64,000 bases of DNA from Candidatus Acidiferrales bacterium. Its GTDB lineage: Bacteria; Acidobacteriota; Terriglobia; Acidiferrales; UBA7541. Every line of letters starts with the position of its first letter. The first letter of the stretch is position 1. Positions 29,359 through 39,075 of the stretch are shown in pieces. The stretch spans positions 748-64,747 of the forward strand of contig JASHRM010000048.1 in NCBI GenBank assembly GCA_030037315.1, in the 5' to 3' direction. Made by a program: the position numbers and the translations under genes. Below the pieces are notes generated by a model. That model was given only the letters and a program-made list of their open reading frames with translations, made no database searches and was not told the origin of the DNA.

Positions 29359-30393
29359 CTAGTGCGTTGGCGCGTTAGCGGAAGACGCTCCACCCTCGAA
29401 CCGGTACATCGCCTTATCCCAACTTCGAATCATCGAGCTTTTTACTTGCGGCAGAACCATCTGCGCCTTTCGCGCAGTTTCAAACCCGAAAATCGGCTTC
29501 ATCCACGCGTACTTCCAGCGCAGCTTAGGCATCTCGAGCCGGCCGTTAAGGTGTTCGGCCAGGCCCTGCAACTCCGCTACGATGTCCGGTCTCTCAGGAT
29601 AAAAACTGTCGAGCCAAGTTTGCATGTAAGTCAAACAGGCCTTTCGAACGCGGTCGCTATCCTCAAGGGAGAGGAGATACCGAATGTGCAGCTTCATCGA
29701 GACGAGCATCGCGTCTTTTCGCTTGTCTGAGGTGCCGATGTAGCTCCAACGATTGGAAGAAACGACCCTGTAAAACACCTTTGCCTCCGGTACGAAGCGA
29801 GTGCCTTCCGATGCCAAGAGGACGCGACAGTAATATTCTCCGTCATCGTCTCCAATCAAACGAGTGTCCCATGGGCCTGCAGCTTCACAAAGCTCGCGGC
29901 TCGTAAGCCAGGTCGCCGTCTGCATATGAAGGTTCTCGCCCATTTTTCGCAAAAGCCATTCAACAGGGGAAAGGTCATGCCAAAGAGAGGTCTGAACAAA
30001 TCGCGCACGATTCGTTCGGTAGCGGAAAAAAGCCCAAGGAGATGACAACAGAATTTTCCGTTCGTTTGGGGCACCTTTCAACCCTGCCAACTGCCGTTCG
30101 ACCTTGTCCGGCGCAAGAACATCATCCGCATCCAGCCATTGAATATAATCTCCTTGGCTTAGGCGATAGGCCTCATTACGAGCAGCTGCGGCCCCTTCAT
30201 TTTTCTTGCTGACGACCCTGACCCCCTTGGACGCAAACTGGCGCGCCACGTCGGCCGTTCGATCTCTCGAACCATCGTCCACGACAATGATCTCTTTACG
30301 GTCCCAGGTCTGGGTGACGGCAGATTCAAGCGTCTCGGTGACCCATTCCTCGGCGTTGTACGCAGGAATCAGAATTGACACAAGCGGCTTCAT
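29359..30393 (-). CDS. Family-2 glycosyltransferase
   Basis: The start was moved to the ATG at 30393, which is preceded by GAGGAGA. MKPLVSILIPAYNAEEWVTETLESAVTQTW...IIVVDDGSRDRT and LDADD. Confidence 0.85.
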   Translation of the reverse strand: MKPLVSILIPAYNAEEWVTETLESAVTQTWDRKEIIVVDDGSRDRTADVARQFASKGVRVVSKKNEGAAAARNEAYRLSQGDYIQWLDADDVLAPDKVERQLAGLKGAPNERKILLSSPWAFFRYRTNRARFVQTSLWHDLSPVEWLLRKMGENLHMQTATWLTSRELCEAAGPWDTRLIGDDDGEYYCRVLLASEGTRFVPEAKVFYRVVSSNRWSYIGTSDKRKDAMLVSMKLHIRYLLSLEDSDRVRKACLTYMQTWLDSFYPERPDIVAELQGLAEHLNGRLEMPKLRWKYAWMKPIFGFETARKAQMVLPQVKSSMIRSWDKAMYRFEGGASSANAPTH

Positions 30394-30651
30394 TTGGAGT
30401 TTCTCCTCAAAAATATTGACCGGTGCGTCTGTTTTTGAGTGTCCGGAGCCCAGCTTATCACGCTCTAGAATGTCATCGAGTAGGCCGAACGTACCGAATG
30501 CCACTGGTACCTGTGGGTGCCTTCAAAAAGCAAAGGGACCGCTGTCCCAAGACTGACCGCGCGTACAGGTGATTTCCCCATTGGGGCCGGGCAAAATGCC
30601 TTCGAGAAGCAAAAGCCCAAAATCGGCGAACTTTTAATTAGGATGGTATCC

Positions 30652-32379
30652 ATGACTGGAATCAGGAAATTCTGCATGCTGGCTATTCTCATCGCAATCT
30701 CTGGCCCTGCCCTGCGCGCCCAGCAGACCAATGCCGCCAGCTGCAATTCGTCAGATGTTCAGACGGCTATCAATTCCGCCCAAGAAGGCGGTACCGTGCT
30801 GGTGCCGGCCGGGACGTGTACGTGGACCAGCGGAGTGAACATTTCCGGTAAAGGCATTACCCTGCAAGGTGCTGGCGGAGGCCGGGTCATCGCCGTAGAC
30901 GTCGAGTCCTCGGCCGTCAGCATTGGTACGGGAACCAAGACGTTCTCCAATGTGACAAATGATCAGGGCGCGACGGCCTATCTCAACGCGACTGCTCCGG
31001 GAATCACCGTCGGCGAAACATTGCGTATTTACGAGAACGGCTTCCTCGGGAACTACATGCAAGGCACCGTCGCGAGTTCTTCGGGTTCGACGCTCACCAT
31101 GAACATTACTGGCACAAGCGGTTCGTGCGGCGCTTCAGCGCCGGCAAATACGATGCAGAGCAACTGCAAGCGGTGGCTCATCAGCACTCTACCCTCGACG
31201 ACTATCGTCGACAATCTCAGTTCGGGAGCGATGATCAGCGTCACCGAAGATACGAGCTACGATACGACGATCACCGGAATCCAGTTCGCTCAAGGGAGCG
31301 GCGGTGGTGGCGCGGGAGAGTCTATTGATCTCAACCGCAACAATCCTAGCGGTGTCGCCGTGCTGATCCACGACAATTTCTTCGAGTCAAATGCTGCAGA
31401 CATCATCGACGGGGACACAAATCGCGGGGTCATTTGGAACAACTCGTTTGTATTTTCTCCGTTCAGCGAAGGCCAATATGCAGCAATTCGCATCAAAGAT
31501 GCAAATAACACGGCCTTGGCATACTCCTGGTCCAGCCCGTCAACCATGGGGACGGCGGATACCACCGGGCAAAGCAATCTATATTTTGAGACGAACGATG
31601 TCCATGCAGATGGCGACTTCACGGATTTCGATGACAACTCGAGGGCAGTAGTTCGTTACAACGTTTTAGACAATGCCGGCGCAGCTACGCACGGAGCAGA
31701 TACTTCCGCGATTGGGCTCCGCCATTTCGAATATTACAACAATGCTGGGATCTTTGAGAGTTACGGAGATGGCACAACGGCCAACATGAATTGGTGGATG
31801 TTCGTTCGCGGTGGAACTTTCGTTTGGCACGACAATACACTTCCAGCCATCAGTTCTCAGGATTGGGGCAGCAAGTCGGACATAAATCTAACCGTGATGA
31901 CCCTTCAGCGTGAGGACGAATATGCCTGCTGGGGCTCAGGTTTTTCAACTCCTGGACAATACTATCCAGCTCCGCGGCAAGTTGGCTTTGGCTACGTTAC
32001 TGGAAACGGGACGCTGAATTGGCCAGCCGGGGGTTTCAGTAACGTGGCCTCAACCACTAATTCGTCCGCATATGTGGGCTCCATTTACGGCGGAGACAGT
32101 GAACCTGTGTACATTTGGAACAACAATCGTACGATGAATGTCGGCATTTCAGATTATGGTCTCAATAACGGTTCGACGAGTTGCCCCAGCACGCCGACTC
32201 CGGATAGCACGGCAAATTATCTCGTCTCTGGGCGCGACTACTTCAATGGCACAGCCAAGCCCGGATACAGCCCCTATGTTTACCCGCATCCTCTTACGAC
32301 TGGCAGTCAGAGCACGACCGGCAGTCAGAGTTCAGGAGTGCCTGCCGCTCCAACGAATCTGACGGCGACCGTCGAATGA
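30652..32379 (+). CDS. Secreted right-handed beta-helix protein (candidate polysaccharide lyase/hydrolase)
   Basis: Signal peptide MTGIRKFCMLAILIAISGPALRAQ (ATG at 30652; alternative at 30643). DVQTAINSAQEGGTVLVPAGTCTWTSGVNISGKGITLQGAG is the usual start of pectate-lyase-fold proteins. Asn/Gly-rich repeats follow. The C-terminus carries a TGSQS-T-TGSQS tandem and ends at PAAPTNLTATVE. Confidence 0.65.
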   Translation: MTGIRKFCMLAILIAISGPALRAQQTNAASCNSSDVQTAINSAQEGGTVLVPAGTCTWTSGVNISGKGITLQGAGGGRVIAVDVESSAVSIGTGTKTFSNVTNDQGATAYLNATAPGITVGETLRIYENGFLGNYMQGTVASSSGSTLTMNITGTSGSCGASAPANTMQSNCKRWLISTLPSTTIVDNLSSGAMISVTEDTSYDTTITGIQFAQGSGGGGAGESIDLNRNNPSGVAVLIHDNFFESNAADIIDGDTNRGVIWNNSFVFSPFSEGQYAAIRIKDANNTALAYSWSSPSTMGTADTTGQSNLYFETNDVHADGDFTDFDDNSRAVVRYNVLDNAGAATHGADTSAIGLRHFEYYNNAGIFESYGDGTTANMNWWMFVRGGTFVWHDNTLPAISSQDWGSKSDINLTVMTLQREDEYACWGSGFSTPGQYYPAPRQVGFGYVTGNGTLNWPAGGFSNVASTTNSSAYVGSIYGGDSEPVYIWNNNRTMNVGISDYGLNNGSTSCPSTPTPDSTANYLVSGRDYFNGTAKPGYSPYVYPHPLTTGSQSTTGSQSSGVPAAPTNLTATVE

Positions 32380-32394
32380 CCGGCAGCGCAAGAT

Positions 32395-34215
32395 TTAGAG
32401 TCGCGAAGCAAGAAGAGTGGAATGGATCAGTTCGATCGTCAACATCTTGTTGACTTCGTTCAAGTAATTGCCGGTCCCTGCAGCATGCCGCATGACCACT
32501 CTTTGCGAAGCTGCTTTGTCAAAGAACTCGACAAAACGAGCGCTGGGATTGAGCAACGTGTCTTGAATAAAATCGGCGAAGTGAGTCTTGAACCAAATCC
32601 TGTAACCCTCGTACTTTTGGCGACCCGCCAAGATCTTCTCAAGATGTAATCTTTCAAATTTGCGGTCAAACCGCGTGAACCAATGCGGAGCGGCGTACAG
32701 ATAAGTGAACTCAGCTTTGAAGAGCGCCCAGAACGGAAGGTACGTTAGCCGGCTCAAAAGCTGATTGCCAGAGCGAATGACGTCCATATTCGTCGGCAAT
32801 GAGGCTAACTTCCCGCCCTGCTGCTGCACGACGTATTCGGCTTGAAGTCGGCGAGAAGCTCGAACCTCTATCGGTGCGCGGTACATCAGCTCAACGATTC
32901 TGTTATCCATGTAGGGTGTGCGCAGGACGACCGCGGATTGCTCGACTGCGACCCGACCGTATTCGTACCAAGGAATTTCCTGTGAAACGACGCGTGTCAG
33001 TGGGTGAGTTTTCGATCCGACCTGCTCGAATGTTGGTACTTGCTCCAACTTTTCCGCAAACCCGGGCTGCAGAAGATGGCGTGGAAATTCGCCGGGCCTG
33101 ATCAACCTCCTGATCCTCACAACTTCGCTGCCGAACTTACCCGTGAGGCGGAAGGGAGCAATCTTTCGGGCAATCTCATTGAAAAATATGTCGTGCGCGC
33201 CACACGCGTCCAGTGTTCCGTCGGAGATGTAGACGCTCTTTTGGGCGAGGCTCGGGAAACTGTGCAGGAATTCATCATTCAGCTTGATAGCCGTAAATGG
33301 CTGATTGCACAGCGTTGCGAGCTTCCGCCCCAAGCTGATGTCAAATGTCTCGCCCCACATCCCACCGAATGTGTAGCACGGAAGAATGCGCTTTTGACCA
33401 TTGCAAGCCGCTAGGATCGCTCGGGTGTCGAGGCCTGCTGTCATTGATAATGCAACCGGCTGGGGAGCCTCCATGTATGAGGGAAAGACACGGTTAGCCG
33501 TCTCCTCGAACCGTTGATAGAACTCCTCAACATCGAGTACCGGTTGTGCTTCCCACTCTCCAAAATCAAAGTAGGTCTTCTTTTGCTGGATCCGGGCGCC
33601 GTCGAAAGACCACGAGGAAGCAGCCGGGAGCAAGGAGATGTCCTTGAACAAGGTGCTGTTGCCGATCGTGCAGTTGAATCGGAGGTATTGCGCTAGACCC
33701 TTCGGGTCGATTTTGCGCAAGGCAGGCCTGGCTCGCAGGATCGCTTTTGCCTCGGATGCAAAAACGAACTCTTCCTGCCCTTCGTATACGTAAACGCGGC
33801 CCATGCCGTAGCGGTCATTAAACAGTGTCGTCCGGCGAGAATCGAGATCGATCAGGACTCCGCAAAACCACCCGTTCAGTTCCTTCAAAATCGAATCGCC
33901 GAGTTCCTCAAAAAGAGGGAGAAGATCGCGCCCGTGGCGGTCACCATTGTTCTTACTCGCTGGCCCGTCGACTCGATGATCGAAATGCTCGCCAATCAGG
34001 ATGAGCATGCGTCGTCGATCGGCGGTGATTAGGGGCATGCATTTCGCAATCGAGCAAGAGTGCCCTGCCCAACCTAAGTAAATTCCCATTTCCGCGTTGC
34101 TGTAGGTCCCATGAGCGTAGTCCTTCTCATGAACCATGGAATCGACCATAGACTTCACGTCCGCGTCGATCCCTTCGGACGGCTCGCGTCTGATGATCCC
34201 TGCTATTCCCGGCAT
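32395..34215 (-). CDS. Asparagine-synthetase-family (AsnB-like) protein lacking the N-terminal nucleophile Cys
   Basis: It begins MPGIAGII where canonical enzymes have MCGI(A/C)G. The PP-loop is TAGLDT instead of SGGLDS. Length and collinearity fit AsnB-type enzymes. Confidence 0.8.
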   Translation of the reverse strand: MPGIAGIIRREPSEGIDADVKSMVDSMVHEKDYAHGTYSNAEMGIYLGWAGHSCSIAKCMPLITADRRRMLILIGEHFDHRVDGPASKNNGDRHGRDLLPLFEELGDSILKELNGWFCGVLIDLDSRRTTLFNDRYGMGRVYVYEGQEEFVFASEAKAILRARPALRKIDPKGLAQYLRFNCTIGNSTLFKDISLLPAASSWSFDGARIQQKKTYFDFGEWEAQPVLDVEEFYQRFEETANRVFPSYMEAPQPVALSMTAGLDTRAILAACNGQKRILPCYTFGGMWGETFDISLGRKLATLCNQPFTAIKLNDEFLHSFPSLAQKSVYISDGTLDACGAHDIFFNEIARKIAPFRLTGKFGSEVVRIRRLIRPGEFPRHLLQPGFAEKLEQVPTFEQVGSKTHPLTRVVSQEIPWYEYGRVAVEQSAVVLRTPYMDNRIVELMYRAPIEVRASRRLQAEYVVQQQGGKLASLPTNMDVIRSGNQLLSRLTYLPFWALFKAEFTYLYAAPHWFTRFDRKFERLHLEKILAGRQKYEGYRIWFKTHFADFIQDTLLNPSARFVEFFDKAASQRVVMRHAAGTGNYLNEVNKMLTIELIHSTLLASRL

Positions 34216-34239
34216 TCTAATCTCATCTTTCCGTAAGGG

Positions 34240-35016
34240 TTAGGATCGTATTCGTGCCTTGATAATCAGCTCGGCCCCGTGCTGCCGCACCATCCGATTT
34301 CGGAAAATGAAATCGTCGTGATGTTTCACTTCGAAGGCTCGAATCCGCGAGGCAGCCTTTCGAGGCAGGATGTCCAACAGCATCAGATTGAATGAGTCAT
34401 AAGCGAGCACACTACAGCCGACCGACCGCAGTTCATCGATATACCAGCCGAAAGGCCGAACGTACTCAATTTGTCTTTTTCCTGCGAAAAGAGCCTTCAC
34501 TTTTTTCGCGGGCAGGAGCGTCAGCCAATAAAGGGATGAGCGGTTTTTGACGTGGAGAATGAGGGTGCCGCCTGGCTTTAGAACTCTGACGAACTCAAAT
34601 AGCGCACGTCGGACTTCCTCCGCGCTCAAGTATTGCAGGACGCTCATGCACAGCACCTTGTCGACTGATCTGTCCGCGACAGGAATCGCGGTGACACTCG
34701 CTTTGGAGGCCTGGGCATTGCCGATGCAATTCTCTCGAATTTTTGCCTTGCAGCGATCCAATGACCCAGCCGAGTAATCGATTGCAATTACGCCCCGGAC
34801 TTTCTTGTGCAAACGCAATATGTTGACGCCTGTCCCGCAACCGGCATCGAGCACTGTCTCAGATGCGAGCGGATCGATGAACCTTATGAGAGCCTGTTCG
34901 GCGAGGTGTTCCGTACGCGCGTCTTGCGGGGGCGTGCCACGATCCAGCTGGAAATCGGAACTGGCACGAACTGCTCGTTCTTCCCACACCCGCTTCCAGT
35001 CTACGGCATTGTTCAT
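34240..35016 (-). CDS. Class I SAM-dependent methyltransferase
   Basis: Motif I VLDAGCGTGVNILRL, AIDYS and LKPGGTLIL. Confidence 0.85.
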   Translation of the reverse strand: MNNAVDWKRVWEERAVRASSDFQLDRGTPPQDARTEHLAEQALIRFIDPLASETVLDAGCGTGVNILRLHKKVRGVIAIDYSAGSLDRCKAKIRENCIGNAQASKASVTAIPVADRSVDKVLCMSVLQYLSAEEVRRALFEFVRVLKPGGTLILHVKNRSSLYWLTLLPAKKVKALFAGKRQIEYVRPFGWYIDELRSVGCSVLAYDSFNLMLLDILPRKAASRIRAFEVKHHDDFIFRNRMVRQHGAELIIKARIRS

Positions 35017-35945
35017 GCGTTCCTCTGAATGGCCCCGCGGGCGTCATTCTGCTGAGACACCATTTTGCCGGGGAATTTTTTCTCGTACCAGGAGGCTCGC
35101 ATTCTGCGGTACGTGGCGATAACGGGGGCCGGTACGATTTCGATCATGCCGCGATGCAAGCCCAGCCGAAGAGCCAGCCGACCGGGAATCGTCAGGGGAA
35201 CGTAATAGCGAGGAATCTCGACACGCTGAAATCCGTTGTGGATTTTAAACTCTGCCAGAGTATCACGCTGCTTTTTGCCATATGTAATTTGCGCATACCA
35301 CAGATAGGGGATCGAGCGTTCCGCACACGATCTCACCGATTGTGCAATCAGCGCGTTCTGAACTGCTTTATCACGGACTGAAATCATCGACACAACTTGC
35401 ATCAAACCGGCTTGGGTGCGGGTCTCGTTAGTGACAAGTTTGACGAAACCCACTAAGTTATCTTCGAAGTAAGCGCCAATGAAAATGCTGTGGTCGAGAA
35501 ACGTCGAGTTGATGCGGCGAACGTATTCAAGGTCTTTGCCGTAATGCCAAAATCGGCGTCCCTGACGGATGGGTGCCTCATTGTAGACGTTTTGAATGCC
35601 TTTTACGAAGTTGTCGTCGAACGCCGTTTCACGCACAGCGATGCCGTTTTTCGCGGCCTTGCGAACCTTGTTGCGTACCTTGAAGTCGATCTGATTCTTC
35701 ATCCAATGGTCGAAGGTTGAGACCGGCAGCACCGCCATGTTGTCCCACTCCATAGGATAGGAGTATCTCGGAGTAAGGTCCGACAGGCTTTGAGTGAAGG
35801 TAAAAAGGTCGACCCGCTTGCCAGCTTCGCGTATGACTCTCAAAGCTGCTTCCGGCTCGTCCAAGAATTGGTAACCCTCAGCGTCGAGATGGGCAATCCG
35901 GACGAGACCTGACCTGATTCGAATCTCTTTATCAAATACGTGCAA
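35013..35945 (-). CDS. GNAT/FemAB-superfamily-like acyltransferase (tentative)
   Basis: 310 aa. IFIGAYFEDNLVGFVKLV...QAGLMQV resembles a GNAT core. 4-nt overlap with the downstream methyltransferase. Weak assignment. Confidence 0.45.
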   Translation of the reverse strand: MHVFDKEIRIRSGLVRIAHLDAEGYQFLDEPEAALRVIREAGKRVDLFTFTQSLSDLTPRYSYPMEWDNMAVLPVSTFDHWMKNQIDFKVRNKVRKAAKNGIAVRETAFDDNFVKGIQNVYNEAPIRQGRRFWHYGKDLEYVRRINSTFLDHSIFIGAYFEDNLVGFVKLVTNETRTQAGLMQVVSMISVRDKAVQNALIAQSVRSCAERSIPYLWYAQITYGKKQRDTLAEFKIHNGFQRVEIPRYYVPLTIPGRLALRLGLHRGMIEIVPAPVIATYRRMRASWYEKKFPGKMVSQQNDARGAIQRNA

Positions 35946-35964
35946 AAGCCACCTTCCCTTCCGC

Positions 35965-37377
35965 CTAAGACGACGGGATCGTACGGGAGTCAGGCACGCG
36001 CGCTGGATGGAACGAGCGATTCGTGGAATCGCTGATCGGAAATTTCACCACTATCCGGCCCGGTACCTCGGCGCGCCGCCGGACATCGAGTCCGATCATC
36101 AGAAAAACAAGCCACATCATGCCGCTCCGAAAACTCGCCTCAGTGATCGTGAAAAACAGCATCACAGTCCAAATTGCCAGGCTGAGCGACGCGATGCCGG
36201 GGGCAAGACGGAACCGTCGGCAAATTACTATGAAAGCGCCAATCAGGATGCCGATGGCAAGCGCGACTCCGATGAGTCCCAAGTTCAAATACACTTCAAG
36301 ATATCCGTTATGGGCCTCGTTGATTCCAACGAGGGCGTTTCGCCAAAAGTACTCGAGGCGAGGTCCCATCCAAAAGCTCGCATATCCGGTCCCCAGTAGT
36401 GGATTGGTATGCATGCCTAGAACAACGGACCAAATCTTGGTTCTGTCAGTGAGTGTGGGATCTTTTCCGACAGCGGCTGCCATATTCCCGCTCATTCCCA
36501 ACCCAAATGCGAGAATGAGATATGCGAGATAAATCAAAGGGATCGACGTTTTGAGCAGCCACGAGCGCTTCTGAAGAAAATGGCTATGTGCTCCCAAAAT
36601 GACAAGACAACCCATAATCATGCAAATACGGCATGTCGCACTATTGGCGGAAATTAGCAGAGACAGGGACATTACAAAGAATGGAATATCTACAAGAATC
36701 ATACGTTTTGTGCGGCTGTTTTTGCGGTCGCCCCACAGTGCTACCAGGTCCCAAAAGAAGAAAAGTCCGCAGAGCAACGCGAGCAAGCCAAGGAGGTTCT
36801 TACCCGTCGTGGGCCCTACGAACATGACAGCACCCGTCCAAACGGCATACGTCCGACTGAGAGCCGGAAAATACTTGTCCAACAGGATTGAGAGGGGAAT
36901 CAGCAGATAGCCTAGTCGCCGGAGAACCCACACCATGGCTTCCTCAGGGCGAGGATCGGAAAGCACTACAAGAACTACCAGATAGTCGCCAAAGTCTCGG
37001 ACCCAGTGTTTGAAGGAAACGAACGAAAAATCGGACCAGAAAACACTCGCAAGAGCGAATGAGAGGTACAACGTGAGGGCTATATTACGTCCGAGAAATC
37101 CTCCCCAATCGAATTGCCGCGATATCAAAACCATCACAGCGAGGCCGATCAGGATCAAGTCGACGGTTCGATCTATCGGATTCCCGTTTAGCAGAGCTTC
37201 AGCAGCCTGGCCGACATGACCACCAATCCACTGCGAAGGCAGCCGGGTTGCAGAGAAAAATATCCAGATCACTGGAATCCAGAGGGCCGGAGAGACTCCT
37301 TTCACTTTGGCAGGATCAAACCACAAGAGCGCCAAAAGAAGAACGAGCCAGAGAATGAGTGCTAGAAAGGGTGGCAT
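35965..37377 (-). CDS. O-antigen ligase/polymerase-family membrane protein (Wzy_C-type)
   Basis: 470 aa, polytopic, with the INEAHNGYLEVYLNLGLIG motif typical of the O-antigen ligase/Wzy family. Confidence 0.8.
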   Translation of the reverse strand: MPPFLALILWLVLLLALLWFDPAKVKGVSPALWIPVIWIFFSATRLPSQWIGGHVGQAAEALLNGNPIDRTVDLILIGLAVMVLISRQFDWGGFLGRNIALTLYLSFALASVFWSDFSFVSFKHWVRDFGDYLVVLVVLSDPRPEEAMVWVLRRLGYLLIPLSILLDKYFPALSRTYAVWTGAVMFVGPTTGKNLLGLLALLCGLFFFWDLVALWGDRKNSRTKRMILVDIPFFVMSLSLLISANSATCRICMIMGCLVILGAHSHFLQKRSWLLKTSIPLIYLAYLILAFGLGMSGNMAAAVGKDPTLTDRTKIWSVVLGMHTNPLLGTGYASFWMGPRLEYFWRNALVGINEAHNGYLEVYLNLGLIGVALAIGILIGAFIVICRRFRLAPGIASLSLAIWTVMLFFTITEASFRSGMMWLVFLMIGLDVRRRAEVPGRIVVKFPISDSTNRSFHPARVPDSRTIPSS

Positions 37378-37400
37378 TTGTTAGTCAAGAACGGCAGGAA

Positions 37401-39065
37401 CTATCGCGTATCGCTAGCTGGTACGCGCGAATCTGTGTGTTCGCCAACACGCGAGTCCTCCCAGAGCTGAGCAGGTCTTTTGTTGTCGCCATTTTTCGCA
37501 TTGTGAACTCGCAGCCGGAGGCCCGGAGTAAAAGAGGCTTCTTTCCCATTCGCTTGCTTCGCGCCAAATCCACCCGACTGGGCAGGATCGGCCTCAAAAC
37601 AAACTGCTCGGCGCTTACGGAACCAAGCCGCTGCTTCGCCCATCGTGGCGAACCACGCCCCGTGCGATTTCAAGTCCTCAATTAATTCGCGATAGTTCCG
37701 GACCCACAGTCTTTCCGGAGCCAGGCTTCGATCGTGCCAATTCACCGTCATGCAACCGCCGTTTTCGGCGACGTTCTTCACTAACTGTTTTAGGCGCTCG
37801 GCAGCTTCGTCTGGAGAAAGGCCGAGGTAGCTCAAATAAAATAGGGCCGTATCCATCGCGTGCAGCGGGATTTCAAGCAGCGATTCCGCACCCAGCGGCT
37901 TGAATGCCTGCGTGGTGCCGGCTCGATAGCCAACAGTTTCGTTATAGCCGCTCGTTGAGTCGTAGGTGGCGCCTGCTTTTTCCAGAGTCGCGGGCGAATT
38001 CTCGTCGAAATAGAGCCAGTGCATTCGGACGCCCGCCCCGGAATCTCCTGTCAACCACCGTATCTCATTGAGTTCGACTTGGCCTGAAGACGCATCCATC
38101 CATGCATCGATGCCGTGGAGCCCGATCTCACAACCTGCCGCCTGCAAATGATGGATCGTGCTGGCGATTTCACGCGCTTCATACTTCGACGCGCGCAGGG
38201 CCGCAGCCCGGGCGTCTACACCTTTTCCCGAGTGGCCCTTGCGCGCTATCACGAAAAAAGTCGAGGGCAGCCCTTGCTCGATCGCCAGATAACTCTCATC
38301 GAAATCGCCCCAGAAATCTTTGGCCAGATTCAGGTACACAAAAGGCAATGTAAAAGCCGCCCATAAGCTTCGTGCCGCGTCACTGAAGCTCATACGCCCT
38401 CGAAACGCGTCGATCCAGCATCCCGCAAAGGCACGGAAAAGGAATCCGACGATCGTATGATCCAACCCATAGAGGCGCAGCGACGGATGGTCGACATCAT
38501 GCGTTAGGCACGCGACGAACTGAAATCCTTCAGGTACCGGCGGAATTTCAACGAATGAAATCCCGGCTTCGATCATCAGATTTCGGAGCACCGAAATGTG
38601 AAGATCGAGAGTGGGTATACTGGCATTCGATTTCGGCTGTCCCGTTGTCAACAAACTTCGCGCTTCGGCAAACAGGTCATAGCCGATCCGCGCGAGCGAC
38701 GCTCCACCGCAAGTTTCCAGGTAAGCTGCACACTCATTCGTCCGCTCCTCTGCCAGAAAGCAACCACCTTCGTGATCGAACATCGTCACCTCGCCATAAA
38801 CGGGAATGCGATTGCCGCGGTACGAGAGCAAGGTGGATTCGGTGGTGCGAGGAAATGTGGAGCGTGCTAGGTTTTCGCGCCTGGCAGTTCTTCCTGAGGA
38901 GTAGTTCACAATCAAACGTGCCCGAGCGTCACACCCTCCCCCGTCGTCGCACACGATGACGTCGTACCGGCTGTTTGCTTGATAAAACTCCCAAGGGGTT
39001 TTGAACAGCTCAAAGAACTCGCGGACAACATCGTGGTCCGCCGCGTTTGCGATGACGCCGATCAT
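37401..39065 (-). CDS. CE4-like (polysaccharide-deacetylase-fold) protein, paralog B
   Basis: The start was moved to the ATG at 39065, because the ORF-track form overlaps asnB by 233 nt. FVACLTHDVDH, EIGLHGIDAW, YRAGTTQ, LLEIPLHA and VNWHDRS are collinear with the 18079..19452 protein. Confidence 0.6.
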   Translation of the reverse strand: MIGVIANAADHDVVREFFELFKTPWEFYQANSRYDVIVCDDGGGCDARARLIVNYSSGRTARRENLARSTFPRTTESTLLSYRGNRIPVYGEVTMFDHEGGCFLAEERTNECAAYLETCGGASLARIGYDLFAEARSLLTTGQPKSNASIPTLDLHISVLRNLMIEAGISFVEIPPVPEGFQFVACLTHDVDHPSLRLYGLDHTIVGFLFRAFAGCWIDAFRGRMSFSDAARSLWAAFTLPFVYLNLAKDFWGDFDESYLAIEQGLPSTFFVIARKGHSGKGVDARAAALRASKYEAREIASTIHHLQAAGCEIGLHGIDAWMDASSGQVELNEIRWLTGDSGAGVRMHWLYFDENSPATLEKAGATYDSTSGYNETVGYRAGTTQAFKPLGAESLLEIPLHAMDTALFYLSYLGLSPDEAAERLKQLVKNVAENGGCMTVNWHDRSLAPERLWVRNYRELIEDLKSHGAWFATMGEAAAWFRKRRAVCFEADPAQSGGFGAKQANGKEASFTPGLRLRVHNAKNGDNKRPAQLWEDSRVGEHTDSRVPASDTR

Positions 39066-39075
39066 CCCTTCGCTC

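Noticed and set aside
30517-30651. Upstream extension of the beta-helix ORF. The same kind of extension occurs at 61181..61246 on the TPR ORF.
   Set aside because: In both cases an internal ATG gives a textbook signal or lipoprotein peptide at the very N-terminus. The extensions are polar, non-conserved-looking sequence inside promoter regions.
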